Assembly (NCBI RefSeq): GCF_006345805.1
Contig: NC_043013.1
Span: 49,724,001-49,788,000, forward strand
Reading direction: 5' to 3'
DNA from: Octopus sinensis
Lineage: Eukaryota
DNA length: 64,000 nucleotides
Shown here: one piece after another, positions 26,410-38,761 of the stretch
Layout of the letters: the number at the start of each line of letters is the position of its first letter
Numbering within the stretch: the stretch's first letter is position 1
Program-made: the position numbers and the translations under genes
Notes under the pieces: generated by a model
The model's input: the letters and a program-made list of their open reading frames with translations, nothing else
Told to the model about the DNA's origin: nothing
Database searches by the model: none

Positions 26410-26616
26410 TAATAATAATAATAGCTTCAAATTTTGGCACAAGACCAGCAAGTTTGAGCGAGGGAGTAAGTCATTTACATCAACCCCAGTGATCAACTGG
26501 TACTTATCAACCTTGTAAGGATGAAAGGCAAAGTCAACCATGGTAGACGTAAGAACAGATGAAATGCCACCAAGCATTTTGTCTGGCATGCTGATGATTC
26601 TGCCAGCTCACTCCCT

Positions 26617-26672
<56 letters not shown>

Positions 26673-27189
26673 TATAAAACACACACATACACATGCATAT
26701 GTATATAGATATAACTACAGTTCAGTGCTCATGTGATCGCCCTCAAATTTGACCAATTTTTGCTTGCTGAATTTTGGCATTAGGAAGGGCATCCAGCTGT
26801 AGAAACCATGCCAAATCAGACTGGAACCTCATGCAGTTCTCTGGCTTACCAGTTCCAGTCGAATCATTGAACCCATTCCAGCATGGAAAGCTGACATTAA
26901 ATGATGATAATGATACCAATTTTGATGTAGTAGTCTGTATCAGAGTATTAGATACCCATCATTTAGATCATTCAAAATATTCAGGAAAGCTTAATTGTAC
27001 TAATTGTTTTTTTTAAATAATAATGAGTACTTAAATACAAATTATTTTGGCCTTACTTCCTCTCAGATTTCACCAATTTTTGCTCTGTATTTTACTACAA
27101 AACTAATCATAAGGGAGTTTACAGTGATAAATTCTCTCCATTGGATCTGTTGTTGCAGTGTAAACTGATACAAAAATAAACTAGATGCT

Positions 27190-27375
27190 GTTGTGAATGG
27201 AACTTATAGAGGCATCAAATTGTTGGACTAAGCTATGGAGGTTACAGAAGGAATCACAGCGCAATTAATCAGGAACAAAATAAACCTAGATGAGATGTAG
27301 GTCAGTTTTATGCCTCAAAGAAGACCATAGATATAATGTTCTTAGTAAGACAACTACAAGTGAAATACTTAGATA
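27190..27375 (+). mobile_element. RTE LINE reverse transcriptase fragment
   Basis: YRGIKLLD.AMEVTE.I.AQLIRNKINLDEM...FLVRQLQ.KYL; homologous to 60974-61213. Confidence 0.7.
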
Positions 27376-27857
27376 ACTGCAACAATGCGTCTTCTAAGGG
27401 AGGTGTTTAGGGGCTGCAATATTTATAACCCTACCAGTCCTTCATTTGTGGTCCCTCCCCTTACATCCTTGACCCATCTGCCTATTGCTTGACCCATTTT
27501 GCTTGTATACTTCTCACTCATAGCCCTCCAATGCTCATCTCCCCTCCATCCTCATCACTCTGCCCACTTGCTCTTCATCAGACCTATATATAGGAGACTG
27601 GATCAGGCCATCATCATCCTCTTTGTCCAGTACACTCGAATTTTACCATTCTGTGCTGCGAGCCACTACTCTCTGCTGAACCACCTCTATTGCCACCCCT
27701 AACCTACTCCCACATTTATCTCATTACCCTCCTCTACCTTTGTCCACCTACAATTACTAATCACTCTCTTCCCGCCAACCACCTCTACATATTTTGTTGC
27801 TGCCTTCCCCTCATACTCTTGTTCCTTCCACCCTCCCACCCATTCTGATTTGTCTGA

Positions 27858-28520
27858 TATTATTGTGAAGTATATTTGCCATCTCAGTATGGCTAACCAC
27901 TAAGGGTGGGTGTTACTGTAGCTTGTAGCCCAGGGAGAACACCTTCTCCAGCTGGCTATAGGCACATTTTCTGTGTCCTATCGGTATTTGCAAAGGGAGG
28001 TCATCCTTCCCTCGTCAACCTAAGTGTGTCAATAGCCAGCTGGAGAAGATGTTCTCCTGGGGCTACAAGATACAGTAACATCCACCCTTAGTGGTTAGCC
28101 ACATTTAGATGGCAAATATACTTCACATTGTCGTGCAGTTACTGTCTATACCTTGTTCAGAGATTTATTATTGCTTGTTTACACTTTTTCAAGATCAGTG
28201 ACGAAAAGTCACTGGAAAAAGGATATAAATATTTGCACTGGGACCCTTCCATCGAAAACTGGTGATTGTCATGCACTGATGATGGGTCAATACTCAGAAA
28301 CTGCAGTCCCTACGTATCACTTAGGTTGACGAGGGAAGGATGACCTCCCTTTGCAAATACGGATAGGGCACAGAAAGTGTGCCTATAGCCAGCTGGAGAT
28401 GTTCTCCTGGAGCTACAAGATACAGTAACATCCACCCTTAGTGGTTAGCCATATTTAGATGGCAAATATACTTCACATTGTCGTGCAGTTACTATCAATA
28501 CCTCGTTCAGAGATTTATTA
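27858..28520. mobile_element. Same ~350-bp unit as 20565: inverted partial copy joined to 1.4 direct copies
   Basis: 27858-28026 is the reverse complement of unit sequence. Direct copies restart at 28040 and 28393; hammerhead-like core at 28276-28308. Confidence 0.65.
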
Positions 28521-29096
28521 TTACTCTGATATTATTCTTTTCCTTTTTCCCCCTTACAATTCCCCTCTTCAGCCACCTGTACACACTGTAATTTAATCCC
28601 ATTTCCCCTCCTCTCAAATATCCATTTCTGGCTTTTCTGTAATCATTGTTCTTTCTCCAAATTTATATTTACTGTGTACAAGCCCCACTCCACCTGCTGT
28701 TCACACTATAATGGGGTTGGCTAAGTGAGCAGAGAAAATCATGAGGTCACCCTAGTCCTATTACACCAAGAACTATTCAGCTTATCTAGTGCTGATGCCA
28801 CTACAGAATGCATTCAATGCATTCTGTAAAATGGTTGGCATTAGGTAGGGCATCTAGCCATACAAACCCAGCCAAATGAGACTTATGAGTTCCAAGTCTT
28901 TGGAGGCAGCTCAAGCTGTGATAACTATCCAATCCAAGCATGGAAAGTTGATGTAAAATGACGATGACGACGACGATGATGATGATGATGGTAATACTGT
29001 ATGCACGAGTGTATGAGTGTGTTTCTGTCCCCTTGTCTTGACATTACACACAAATTGTAAACAAACCTTGCCATCATACAAATGGTGGTGTTTATT

Positions 29097-30440
29097 GAAG
29101 GCAGTGAGCTAGCAGAATCGATCGTTAGTACACCGGGCGAAATGCTTAGCAGTATTTCGTCTGCCGCTACGTTCTGAGTTCAAATTCCGCCGAGGTCGAC
29201 TTGGCCTTTCATCGTTTCAGGGTCAATTAAATAAGTACCAGTTACACACTGGGGTTGATGTAATCGACTTAATCCATGTGTCTGTCCTTGTTTGTCCCCT
29301 CTGTGTTTAGCCCCTTGTTGGTAGTAAAGAAATAGGTATTTCGTCTGCCGTTACGTTCTGAGTTCAAATTCCGCCGAGGTCGACTTTGCCTTTCATCCTT
29401 TCGGGGTCGATTAAATAAGTACCAGTTACGCACTGGGGTCGATGTAATCGACTTAATCCATGTGCATGTCCTTGTTTGTCCCCTCTGTGTTTAGCCCCTG
29501 TTGGTAGTAAAGAAATAGGTATTTCGTCTGCCGTTACGTTCTGAGTTCAAATTCCGCCGAGGTCGACTTTGCCTTTCATCCTTTCGGGGTCGATTAAATA
29601 AGTACCAGTTACGCACTGGGGTCGATGTAATCGACTTAATCCATGTGCATGTCCTTGTTTGTCCCCTCTGTGTTTAGCCCCTTGTTGGTAGTAAAGAAAT
29701 AGGTATTTCATCTTCCGTTACGTTCTGAGTTCAAATTCCGCCGAGGTCGACTTTGCCTTTCATCCTTTCGGGGGTCAATTAAATAAGTACCAGTTACGCA
29801 CTGGGGTCGATGTAATCGACTTAATCCATGTGTCTGTCCTTGTTTGTTCCCTCTGTGTTTAGCCCCTTGTGGGTAGTAAAGAAATAGGTATTTCATCTTC
29901 CGTTACGTTCTGAGTTCAAATTCCGCCGAGGTCGACTTTGCCTTTCATCCTTTCGGGGGTCGATAAATTAAGTACCAGTTACGCACTGGGGTCGATGTAA
30001 TCGACTTAATCCATGTGTCTGTCCTTGTTTGTCCCCTCTGTGTTTAGCCCCTTGTTGGTAGTAAAGAAATAGGTATTTCATCTTCCGTTACGTTCTGAGT
30101 TCAAATTCCGCCGAGGTCGACTTTGCCTTTCATCGTTTCAGGGTCAATTAAATAAGTACCAGTTACGCACTGGGGTCGATGTAATCGACTTAATCCATGT
30201 GTCTGTCCTTGTTTGTCCCCTCTGTGTTTAGCCCCTTGTTGGTAGTAAAGAAATAGGTATTTCATCTTCCGTTACGTTCTGAGTTCAAATTCCGCCGAGG
30301 TCGACTTTGCCTTTCATCCTTTCGGGGTCGATTAAATAAGTACCAGTTACGCACTGGGGTCGATGTAATCGACTTAATCCATGTGTCTGCCCTTGTTTGT
30401 CCCCTCTGTGTTTAGCCCCTTGTGGGTAGTAAAGAAATAG
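29097..30440 (+). repeat. SINE family C expanded into ~7 tandem ~184-bp units
   Basis: ggtattt junctions at 29335, 29518, 29702, 29887, 30072, 30256; single 5' head at ~29097. Confidence 0.95.
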
Positions 30441-31079
30441 TTGGTGTTTGTTTGCAATCTTCTATGGAAACACATCTAGAAATAGGTGAGAGTTTGTGCT
30501 AAGAAGGGGGCATCTGCCTCGATAAACCCTGTCAGACCTATGCAAGCATAGAAAAGTAAATGTGGTGGACGCCGACATCGACGATGACGAGGAGATGACT
30601 AAGACAACAACAGTGATGACAACATCAACAATGATGATGATGATGATGATATACATATTTATATATTTCTTTACTACCCACAAGGGGCTAAACACAGAGG
30701 AGACAAACAAGGACAGACAAAGGGATTAAGTCGATTACATCGACCCCAGTGCGTAACTGGTGCTTATTTAATTGACCCTGAAAGGATGAAAGGCAAAGTC
30801 AACCTCGGTAGAATTTGAACCCAGAGCATAATGGCAGACGAAACACGGCTGCGCATTTCACCTGGCATGCTAACGTTTCTGCCAGCTCGCCGCCCTTATG
30901 ATGATATACATACTTATATTTACACCATACATACAGTATTACATCATTAAGAGAAAGATGTCCAATACCTTGGGAAGAATTATGAGAGAACCCTGAAGCA
31001 TAACAACAGTCCTAAAGAAACCATGACCCAATTAAGCAAGTGGTTTAGAGTAGTTTACAACAGCCAGCTACTGGAGAAG

Positions 31080-31640
31080 TTTAAGGTGTAGCGCTTCCAG
31101 TATGGCATCATATCCAAAGTGTTGTGACCATTCCTGCTCTATGACTACTCCAAGACTCAGCAGGAGGCAATGGAGGGGTTGTACAAAAAGTTGGTATGGA
31201 CATTGTGGGATGTGTCCCCTAACTTTCATCTCAGTCAAACTTGATTGACCACTGTACTGAAGAAATCATTATAGTGGCTCATCTCTTGAGAATCATTGTA
31301 AAATATTCAGTGAAATACAACCACAAGTCCATCACAGGTTTCCAAACGTTGAGCGATTACTCAAGCTACTTTTAGTGTTTCAAACCAGTTCTTGCTAAGC
31401 TGAAAGATCTTTTAGCACTCTACAGAGACTCAAAACTTGGCTGTGACTGACCATGGCTCAGCAAAGGTTGAATCATATTCTAATATGCCATGTTCATAGA
31501 GATGTTTTGAAAAAGATTAGTTGCAAAGAAGCTGCTAAATTATTTATTAACAGCAACGATGCAAGATATATTTGGAAAGTTCTAAAAGACAATAAACTTT
31601 GCTTTATATTTTTTTATTCAGACATCAATTTTATTTGATA
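31080..31640 (+). mobile_element. hAT transposase C-terminal (dimerisation-domain) remnant
   Basis: MAQQRLNHILICHVHRDVLKKISCKEAAKLFINSNDAR resembles the ZMYM1/hAT TM.QERL.HL...H.H motif. Confidence 0.6.
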
Positions 31641-31989
31641 TAATAAATTCTTTTGAAGCTTATTTGATAGGGTCCAGGAAAGGCACCATAAACAATACTA
31701 ACGTGCTCCTTTAAGAATCAACAAATGTTGATTTGTTCCCCTCACATTTTTAAGGTAAACAAGGCCCCTACATGTTTGGACTAATACATAGGCCATTCGC
31801 TGTGTTTTGTCATGGTAAAAATTTCTAGCTGGTATGGATACACCTAGATCACTTCACAGCACCAGTGTATGGTAACTGAAATAGCATAAAAGAAACCTCT
31901 TTGATCAGTTCACAGCATCACCTGCCTGGTGTCTGTGAACGAAGAGGAGATAACTACGCCGAAATGCTGGCATCTCTAGGTAGATGACT

Positions 31990-32605
31990 CTGTGAATTGA
32001 TCTAATAATAATAATGAAATTATTGTATACAGTGCTCAGGTGCACCACAACTTGTTAGAAAGTGCGTATAAAGTATATGCAGTAATGTACAAATGTCTGG
32101 AAAGCGAACAGTGTATGAGTCAGATACATGCTTGCGTGTGTATGGAGGGGAGAAAGATCAGGTGTAGTGTTGGCAAATCTCAGAAAGCATGGAAGTTTTG
32201 AAGGATGCAGTGCTCTGACAACTAACAACTGAGGCCGGCAGTTTGTTCCATGCTTCAGTAACTCTCAGCGTGAAAAAATGTTTCCAAAAGTCATGGGAGT
32301 TGTGCTGTTTTCTGACTTTGTAAATGTGTCCACGGGTGTTAGACGGGTGGAGTTTGAAAAGGTGCTCAGAGTTGTTTGTGTGATGGTTAATAATTTTATG
32401 GGTGTCTGCCAAGTCAGCTGCCAGATGTCGGAGTTTCAATGTGTCCATGCCCAGGGAAGTTAGGCGTTCAGGATATGGCAAATGCCTGATGGAGGGTATT
32501 CTTTTGGTTGCACGTCGCTGAATGGCTTCCAGACAATTAATATCCTGGGCAAGATAGGAGTTCCAGACTGGTGATGCAAATTCCAATCTAAGTGTATCCA
32601 CACCA
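31990..32605 (-). mobile_element. CR1-clade LINE 3' fragment
   Basis: LEFASPVWNSYLAQDINCLEAIQRRATK...YPERL..LG...TRGH...FFTLRV..AWNKLP; (ATT)n tail. Confidence 0.9.
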
Positions 32606-32821
32606 TTTGTCTACAGCTAGAAATTTTCTCCATGGCAAAATACAGGGAATTGTTTGTTCACAAGTCCGAATGTGCTATTAGTATATTCAAACTGGTAATA
32701 ATATTACATTGTTGACTAAATTGTTTTATTCATTGATTTTTGGTCTCTTGAACCATTGGAATTGCCCTGCACCCTTAACAAGATTCCTGTACTCACCCAA
32801 AGAAGCAATACACTACAGCTA

Positions 32822-32854
32822 CTAATAAAAAACACAGGAAGTGGATTTTAACAA
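32822..32854 (-). CDS. Candidate terminal exon of Rheb-like gene (LLKSTSCVFY*), tentative
   Basis: Acceptor tattttatag; phase-0 reading ends in a CaaX-position Cys. Strong donor gtgagt at 32796 if the exon is read in the alternative frame. Confidence 0.3.
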   Translation of the reverse strand: MLKSTSCVFY

Positions 32855-33036
32855 CTATAAAATACTTGCAAGAGTGTGAATTTGCAGAGATATACAACCT
32901 ACACCAGCATAAAGCAATACACATAAAGATTATTTCTTTGCTGAGATAAATATATCCATGGCCTTTGCCATGGGTATGTGGGAAGCATTAGACAAAGTTT
33001 GCAAGACAATGAAACATTAGTGAAGTGTAAACTTAC

Positions 33037-33066
33037 CCGTGAGCCTTTGATATCTTTTGTAGTTAC
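33037..33066 (-). CDS. Candidate 30-nt exon (VTTKDIKGSR or NYKRYQRLT)
   Basis: Acceptor ctttctttaattttccag, donor CGG/gtaagt; open in two frames. Confidence 0.45.
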
Positions 33067-34415
33067 CTGGAAAATTAAAGAAAGCATCGAGATTACAATG
33101 GGACAAACATTGACAGTGGTGTCAACGGATTAATGGATGGAGAGATGAGGAGAAAAAGAAGGAGAGCTCTACAGGTGAAAAAGACTTTCAGGTGAGTGTC
33201 ATATCACTAAGGCAAGTTTGTTGGTGAGAAAAGATGTTAAAAGAGACAGGAAGAATTTAGTGGGAAAGATATTCTATAGCATAGAAGCCTTCATGTTAGA
33301 ATGTTTAATATTGTCCTCACTTATACAGAGGTATGGCATGTGTTTGGGGAAGAAGGGACAAAAAGGGGAAATAAGTGAAGGAAAAGATTGGGACATAACA
33401 AATGCAAATGGGAGTTAGAGTGGATGGGGTGAAGAAAGAAGGTCTGACTGAAAAAGCAAGATGATATTTTTATTTGTAATTTGGAAAGTATCAAATTTAT
33501 AGATGATGGGCAATTAAAATTTGAGACGAGATATGAAATTAATATCTTCTCAAATTACAGAATGAACCATTAGTCAAAACTAAAAACAGTAAAAGAATAA
33601 AGTTGAAGGGAAAATTATAGTAAATTTGTCAAGAATTAAGGCATTATAGAGACACGTATCTTCCACAGATCTTCAATTTCAACTCTTGTCACAGAAGCAG
33701 AAAAGACCAACTTTAAGAAAACTCTGGGATTTCTAAAACTCCTTTCTAACAAAGGAGCAAGCATTGAGAGGAAACGGGAGTTGCTTTAGTAATATAATAA
33801 AAACGAAACTGTTATACTAAAGTGCGCTTAAGTCACAGAGTTGGCCCAGCAACTAAACAGGACAAACGGTTTCTACAAAACAGGGCAAACTAAAAGATAT
33901 TTAACATTTCTGAAACAATCTTGAACTGTTTAACCTATTAATTACTATTCAATGAAAGAAAAAAAATGCTAAACATCACAAATATTATAATTAATATTCC
34001 CTTAGCAACTGAATTGTTGGAGTAGAACTGAAGATTTCTCTTCATAAAACGGTTTTAAAAAAGATGCTTTATTGAAGTGTTTCCCACTTGATTTTCTAGT
34101 ATCATGGAAGAATTAAAGCTCTACTAAATACTTATTAAATTACACAATGTTACATCTATCTAGCAAGCTATAATTCTAGTTTATAGCAAAGTATATTAGA
34201 TCAATGATGATAATGACACACCATGGATACAAGAAAATCATAGGTTGGCACTTCACTTGGCAGTGGCTCTCAGAGAATCTTAGTCCCACTTCAAAATATA
34301 TTCTTTACTGGTATTTGAAATCAATATGACTCATAATTCTTCTGGCCTTTGCAATTTCAAATATAATTGTTTTAATTGTTGTATTCACAATCATTATTAC
34401 CCGGTTCACTCTTAC

Positions 34416-34475
34416 CTTCCTTTGGACTACCAGCTTTCTTACCACCTCCCTTCTTAATCTTAGCTTGTGGTAGTT
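34416..34475 (-). CDS. Candidate 60-nt exon downstream of Rheb-like exon 7
   Basis: Acceptor tttgatctaag, donor AAG/gtaaga. Phase 0 NYHKLRLRREVVRKLVVQRK; phase 1 LPQAKIKKGGGKKAGSPKE. Confidence 0.4.
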
Positions 34476-34567
34476 CTTAGATCAAACAATGACTCCAGGT
34501 TTTAAGAAAATGGTATTGCATATGCAATAAGGAACTTTAAAGTTAAGAGAAATAAAAAAAAAATGAC

Positions 34568-34962
34568 CAGGCGCAGGCATGGCTGTGTGATAAGAAGCTT
34601 GCTACCCAACTACATGGTTCCGGGTTCAGTCCCACTGTGTGGCAACTTGGAAAAGTGTCTTCTACTATAGTCTCAGGCCAACCAAAGCCCTGTGAGATGA
34701 TTTGGTAGACAGAAACTGAAAGAAGCCCATCGTGTGTGTGTGTGTGTGTGCTTGTGTGCCTGTGTTTGCCCTCCACTACTGCTTGACAACTGATGTTTGT
34801 ATGATTTTTGTACCCGTAACTTAGCAGTTCAGCAAAAAGACACCAACAGAATAAATACTAGGCTTACAATGAATAAGTCCTGGAGTCAATTTGTTTGAGT
34901 AAAGGCAGTGCTCCAGCATGACCACAGTCAAATGACTGAAACAAGTAAAAGAATAAAAGAAT
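34568..34962 (+). mobile_element. SINE family A (diverged)
   Basis: Match to consensus. Confidence 0.85.
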
Positions 34963-35022
34963 ATGAGAGAATATTTTGATATATTGGTGAAAATAAGGAA
35001 TTAATATGGAACTGGAGATAAC

Positions 35023-35104
35023 CTCATCTGTTTTGGCAGATACTTCAAGAAAAGGAATTTCCCATTCGTCGGCAAGTTTTTTTCCGTCTTCCATTGTAAC
35101 TGCT
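35023..35104 (-). CDS. RHEB: Rheb-like small GTPase exon (equivalent to RHEB exon 7)
   Basis: tttcag/A GCA GTT...GAT GAG/gt: AVTMEDGKKLADEWEIPFLEVSAKTDE vs human VISYEEGKALAESWNAAFLESSAKENQ. 82 nt, phase 2 to 0, as in human RHEB (lengths from memory). G5 SAK present. Confidence 0.85.
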
Positions 35105-35261
35105 CTGAAATAGGGAAAAGCAGAGGATTAAAGAAGAACTTCAAAGTAACATACACTGTAATGAATCACTTTTGTGTAAACATATTGACAGAGAAGTAAA
35201 AGAAACTTCCACTCCTGCGTGTGGAAATACTGATAGAGGAACACAACAAAATATCCCTTAC

Positions 35262-37105
35262 TTCATGTGAACATGTGGGTGGAAGAGCACCAGAAACATC
35301 ACCTCCTCCATGTGATTAGGTTATTTGAGGAGTAATACAAACATCAACTCCTAGTGGAGAAGGACTAGAAACATTAACCCCTCCATGTGAATATAATGAA
35401 GGAGCACTACCAACATCATCAGTTCCACCATGTGAACATGTTGGTGGAAGAGCACCAGAAACATCACCTCCTCCATGTGAATAGGTTATTTGAGAGAGTA
35501 ATACAAACATCAACTCCTAGTGGAGAAGGACTAGAAACATTACCCCTCCATGTGAATATAATGAAGGAGCACTACCAACATCATCAGTTCACCATGTGAA
35601 CATGTTGGTGGAAGAGCACCAGAAACATCACCTCCTCCATGTGAATAGGTTATTTGAGGAGTAATACAAACATCAACTCCTAATGGAGGAGTACTAGAAA
35701 CATTAACCCCTCCATGTGAATATAATGAAGGAGCACTACCAACATCATCAGTTCCACCATGTGAACATGTTGGTGGAAGAGCACCAGAAACATCACCTCC
35801 TCCATGTGAATAGGTTATTTGAGGAGTAATACAAACATCAACTCCTAGTGGAGAAGGACTAGAAACATTAACCCCTCCATGTGAATATAATGAAGGAGCA
35901 CTACCAACATCATCAGTTCCACCATGTGAACATGTTGGTGGAAGAGCACCAGAAACATCACCTCCTCCATGTGAATAGGTTATTTGAGGAGTAATACAAA
36001 CATCAACTCCTAATGGAGGAGTACTAGAAACATTAACCCCTCCATGTGAATATAATGAAGGAGCACTACCAACATCATCAGTTCCACCATGTGAACATGT
36101 TGGTGGAAGAGCACCAGAAACATCACCTCCTCCATGTGAATAGGTTATTTGAGGAGTAATACAAACATCAACTCCTAGTGGAGAAGGACTAGAAACATTA
36201 ACCCCTCCATGTGAATATAATGAAGGAGCACTACCAACATCATCAGTTCCACCATGTGAACATGTTGGTGGAAGAGCACCAGAAACATCACCTCCTCCAT
36301 GTGAATAGGTTATTTGAGGAGTAATACAAACATCAACTCCTAGTGGAGAAGGACTAGAAACATTAACCCCTCCATGTGAATATAATGAAGGAGCACTACC
36401 AACATCATCAGTTCCACCATGTGAACATGTTGGTGGAAGAGCACCAGAACATCACCTCCTCCATGTGAATAGGTTATTTGAGGAGTAATACAAACATCAA
36501 CTCCTAGTGGAGAAGGACTAGAAACATTAACCCCTCCATGTGAATATAATGAAGGAGCACTACCAACATCATCAGTTCCACCATGTGAACATGTTGGTGG
36601 AAGAGCACCAGAAACATCACCTCCTCCATGTGAATAGGTTATTTGAGGAGTAATACAAACATCAACTCCTAGTGGAGAAGGACTAGAAACATTAACCCCT
36701 CCATGTGAATATAATGAAGGAGCACTACCAACATCATCAGTTCCACCATGTGAACATGTTGGTGGAAGAGCACCAGAAACATCACCTCCTCCATGTGAAT
36801 AGGTTATTTGAGGAGTAATACAAACATCAACCTAGTGGAGAAGGACTAGAAACATTAACCCCTCCATGTGAATATAATGAAGGAGCACTACCAACATCAT
36901 CAGTTCCACCATGTGAACATGTTGGTGGAAGAGCACCAGAAACATCACCTCCTCCATGTGAATAGGTTATTTGAGGAGTAATACAAACATCAACTCCTAG
37001 TGGAGAAGGACTAGAAACATTAACCCCTCCATGTGAATATAATGAAGGAGCACTACCAACATCATCAGTTCCACCATGTGAACATGTTGGTGGAAGAGCA
37101 CCACA
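35262..37105. repeat. 165-bp tandem repeat, ~11 copies, built from 45/45/30/45-bp subunits
   Basis: Identical marker gagaaggact at 35851 and 36181 (2x165); subunits begin CC(T/A)CCATGTGAA. Confidence 0.97.
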
Positions 37106-37111
37106 AACTTC

Positions 37112-37311
37112 TCTCTTTACTCTTTTACTTGTTTCAGTCATTTGACTGTGGCCATGCAGAAGCACCGCCTTTAGTCGAGCAAATCGACCCCAGGACTTAT
37201 TCTTTGTAAGCCCAGTACTTATTCTATCAGTCTCTTTTGCCGAACGGCTAAGTTACGGGAACATAAACACACCAGCATCGGTTGTCAAGCAATGCTAGAG
37301 GGACAAACACA

Positions 37312-37361
<50 letters not shown>

Positions 37362-37533
37362 CATATATATGACAGGCTTCTTTCAGTTTCCGTCTACCAA
37401 ATCCACTCACAAGGCTTTGGTCGGCCTGAGGCTATAGCAGAAGACACTTGCCCAAGATGCCGCGCAGTGGGACTGAACCCTGAACCATGTGGTTGGTTAG
37501 CAAGCTACTTACCACACAGCCATTCCTGCGCCT
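37112..37533 (-). mobile_element. SINE family A abutting the 165-bp array
   Basis: Reverse-complement match to consensus. Confidence 0.9.
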
Positions 37534-37842
37534 ATTTACATTACTGCGCCTTCATTTATATTATGTGAACTTGTTGCTTCAAAAAATACTAAGAATATGG
37601 AGAAAGAAAAAGATCCAGTTTGGTAAACCACATTGTAGCAGTAGTGGTAATGATTCATAAATTTGTAAATGTGAACATTGATTGTCAGCAGTAGGTGAAG
37701 TGTTGAGATAACTAAATAGCATACAACATATTTAGCAACAACAGTAAATAATGAGAGAGACTTGTTGCTTAATATGTAAAACAAACACATTGAGGTACAA
37801 CTTGAAATTATTCAAACAATATATTCAACAACATTCCTTCAC

Positions 37843-37890
37843 TGCTCTGACAACCCTAATGACCTTCCAATTAGAATTTTTGGGGATATC
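37843..37890 (-). CDS. Candidate in-frame exon 6 (6b) of Rheb-like gene
   Basis: tttatttgcag/G ATA TCC...GAG CA/gtgaag; 48 nt, phase 2-2. (W)ISPKILIGRSLGLSE(Q) vs human IPIMLVGNKKDLHME(R). Donor is weak and NKxD is absent. Confidence 0.35.
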
Positions 37891-38089
37891 CTGCAAATAA
37901 ATTTTTCCCACGGTTTAGATTTATCGTCACCATTGTTTAATATCCGTTTTCCATGCTGGAATGTGTTGGATGGGTTGACAAGAACCGATAAACCAGAAGA
38001 CTGTTCTAAGCTCCAATGTCTACCTTTGGTATGGCTTCCACAGTTAGATGCCCTTCCTAATGCCAACCACTTTACAAAGTGGTTCTCTC

Positions 38090-38478
38090 TTTTGCTCTTT
38101 CACTTGTTTCAGTCATTTGACTGCAGCCATGCTGGAGCACTGCCTTTAATCGAGCAACTCGACCCCGGGACTTATTCTTTTGTAATCCCAGTACTTATTC
38201 TATCAGTCTCTTTTGCCGAACCGCTAAGTAACGGGGACATAAACACACCAGCATCGGTTGTCAAGCAATGCTAGGGGGACAAATACAGACACACAAATAT
38301 ATACACACACACTTATATATATATATACATATATACGACAGGCTTCTTTTCAGTTTCCGTCTACCAAATCCACTCACAAGGCTTTGGTCGGCCCGAGGCT
38401 ATAGTAGAAGACACGTGTGTGGGACTGAACTCGGAACCATGAGGCTGGTAAACAAGCTAGTTACCACACAGCCACTCT
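38090..38478 (-). mobile_element. SINE family A
   Basis: Reverse-complement match. Confidence 0.9.
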
Positions 38479-38761
38479 TTTTTTCTTTTCTTTTTTTTTT
38501 TGTGGCATCAGCACTGATGAAGTCACCAAGTAACTTGTGAGACAAGATCTTTCAACTGATTGGGAGCACAGTCTTAAGATATGTGGCTTCATGCTATATC
38601 CCAGTAGAAAAGTAAGAGAGAGGATAGTGGTGATGCAATGTCAGGTCTAAAGTACAGGAAGGTGAATATAAGTGGAATAGAGGATCAGACAGGATGAGTA
38701 AGTGGCTAAGTTCAAAAGACTGTGAAAAGAAAGTAACAGATGAATAGCTATGGGGATTTAC

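Noticed and set aside
29157-30440. CRISPR-like regular array
   Set aside because: Units are contiguous near-identical SINE bodies without unique spacers; eukaryotic context, no cas genes.
35262-37105. CRISPR or retrozyme interpretation of the 165-bp array
   Set aside because: No unique spacers and no CTGANGA/GAAA ribozyme core on either strand.
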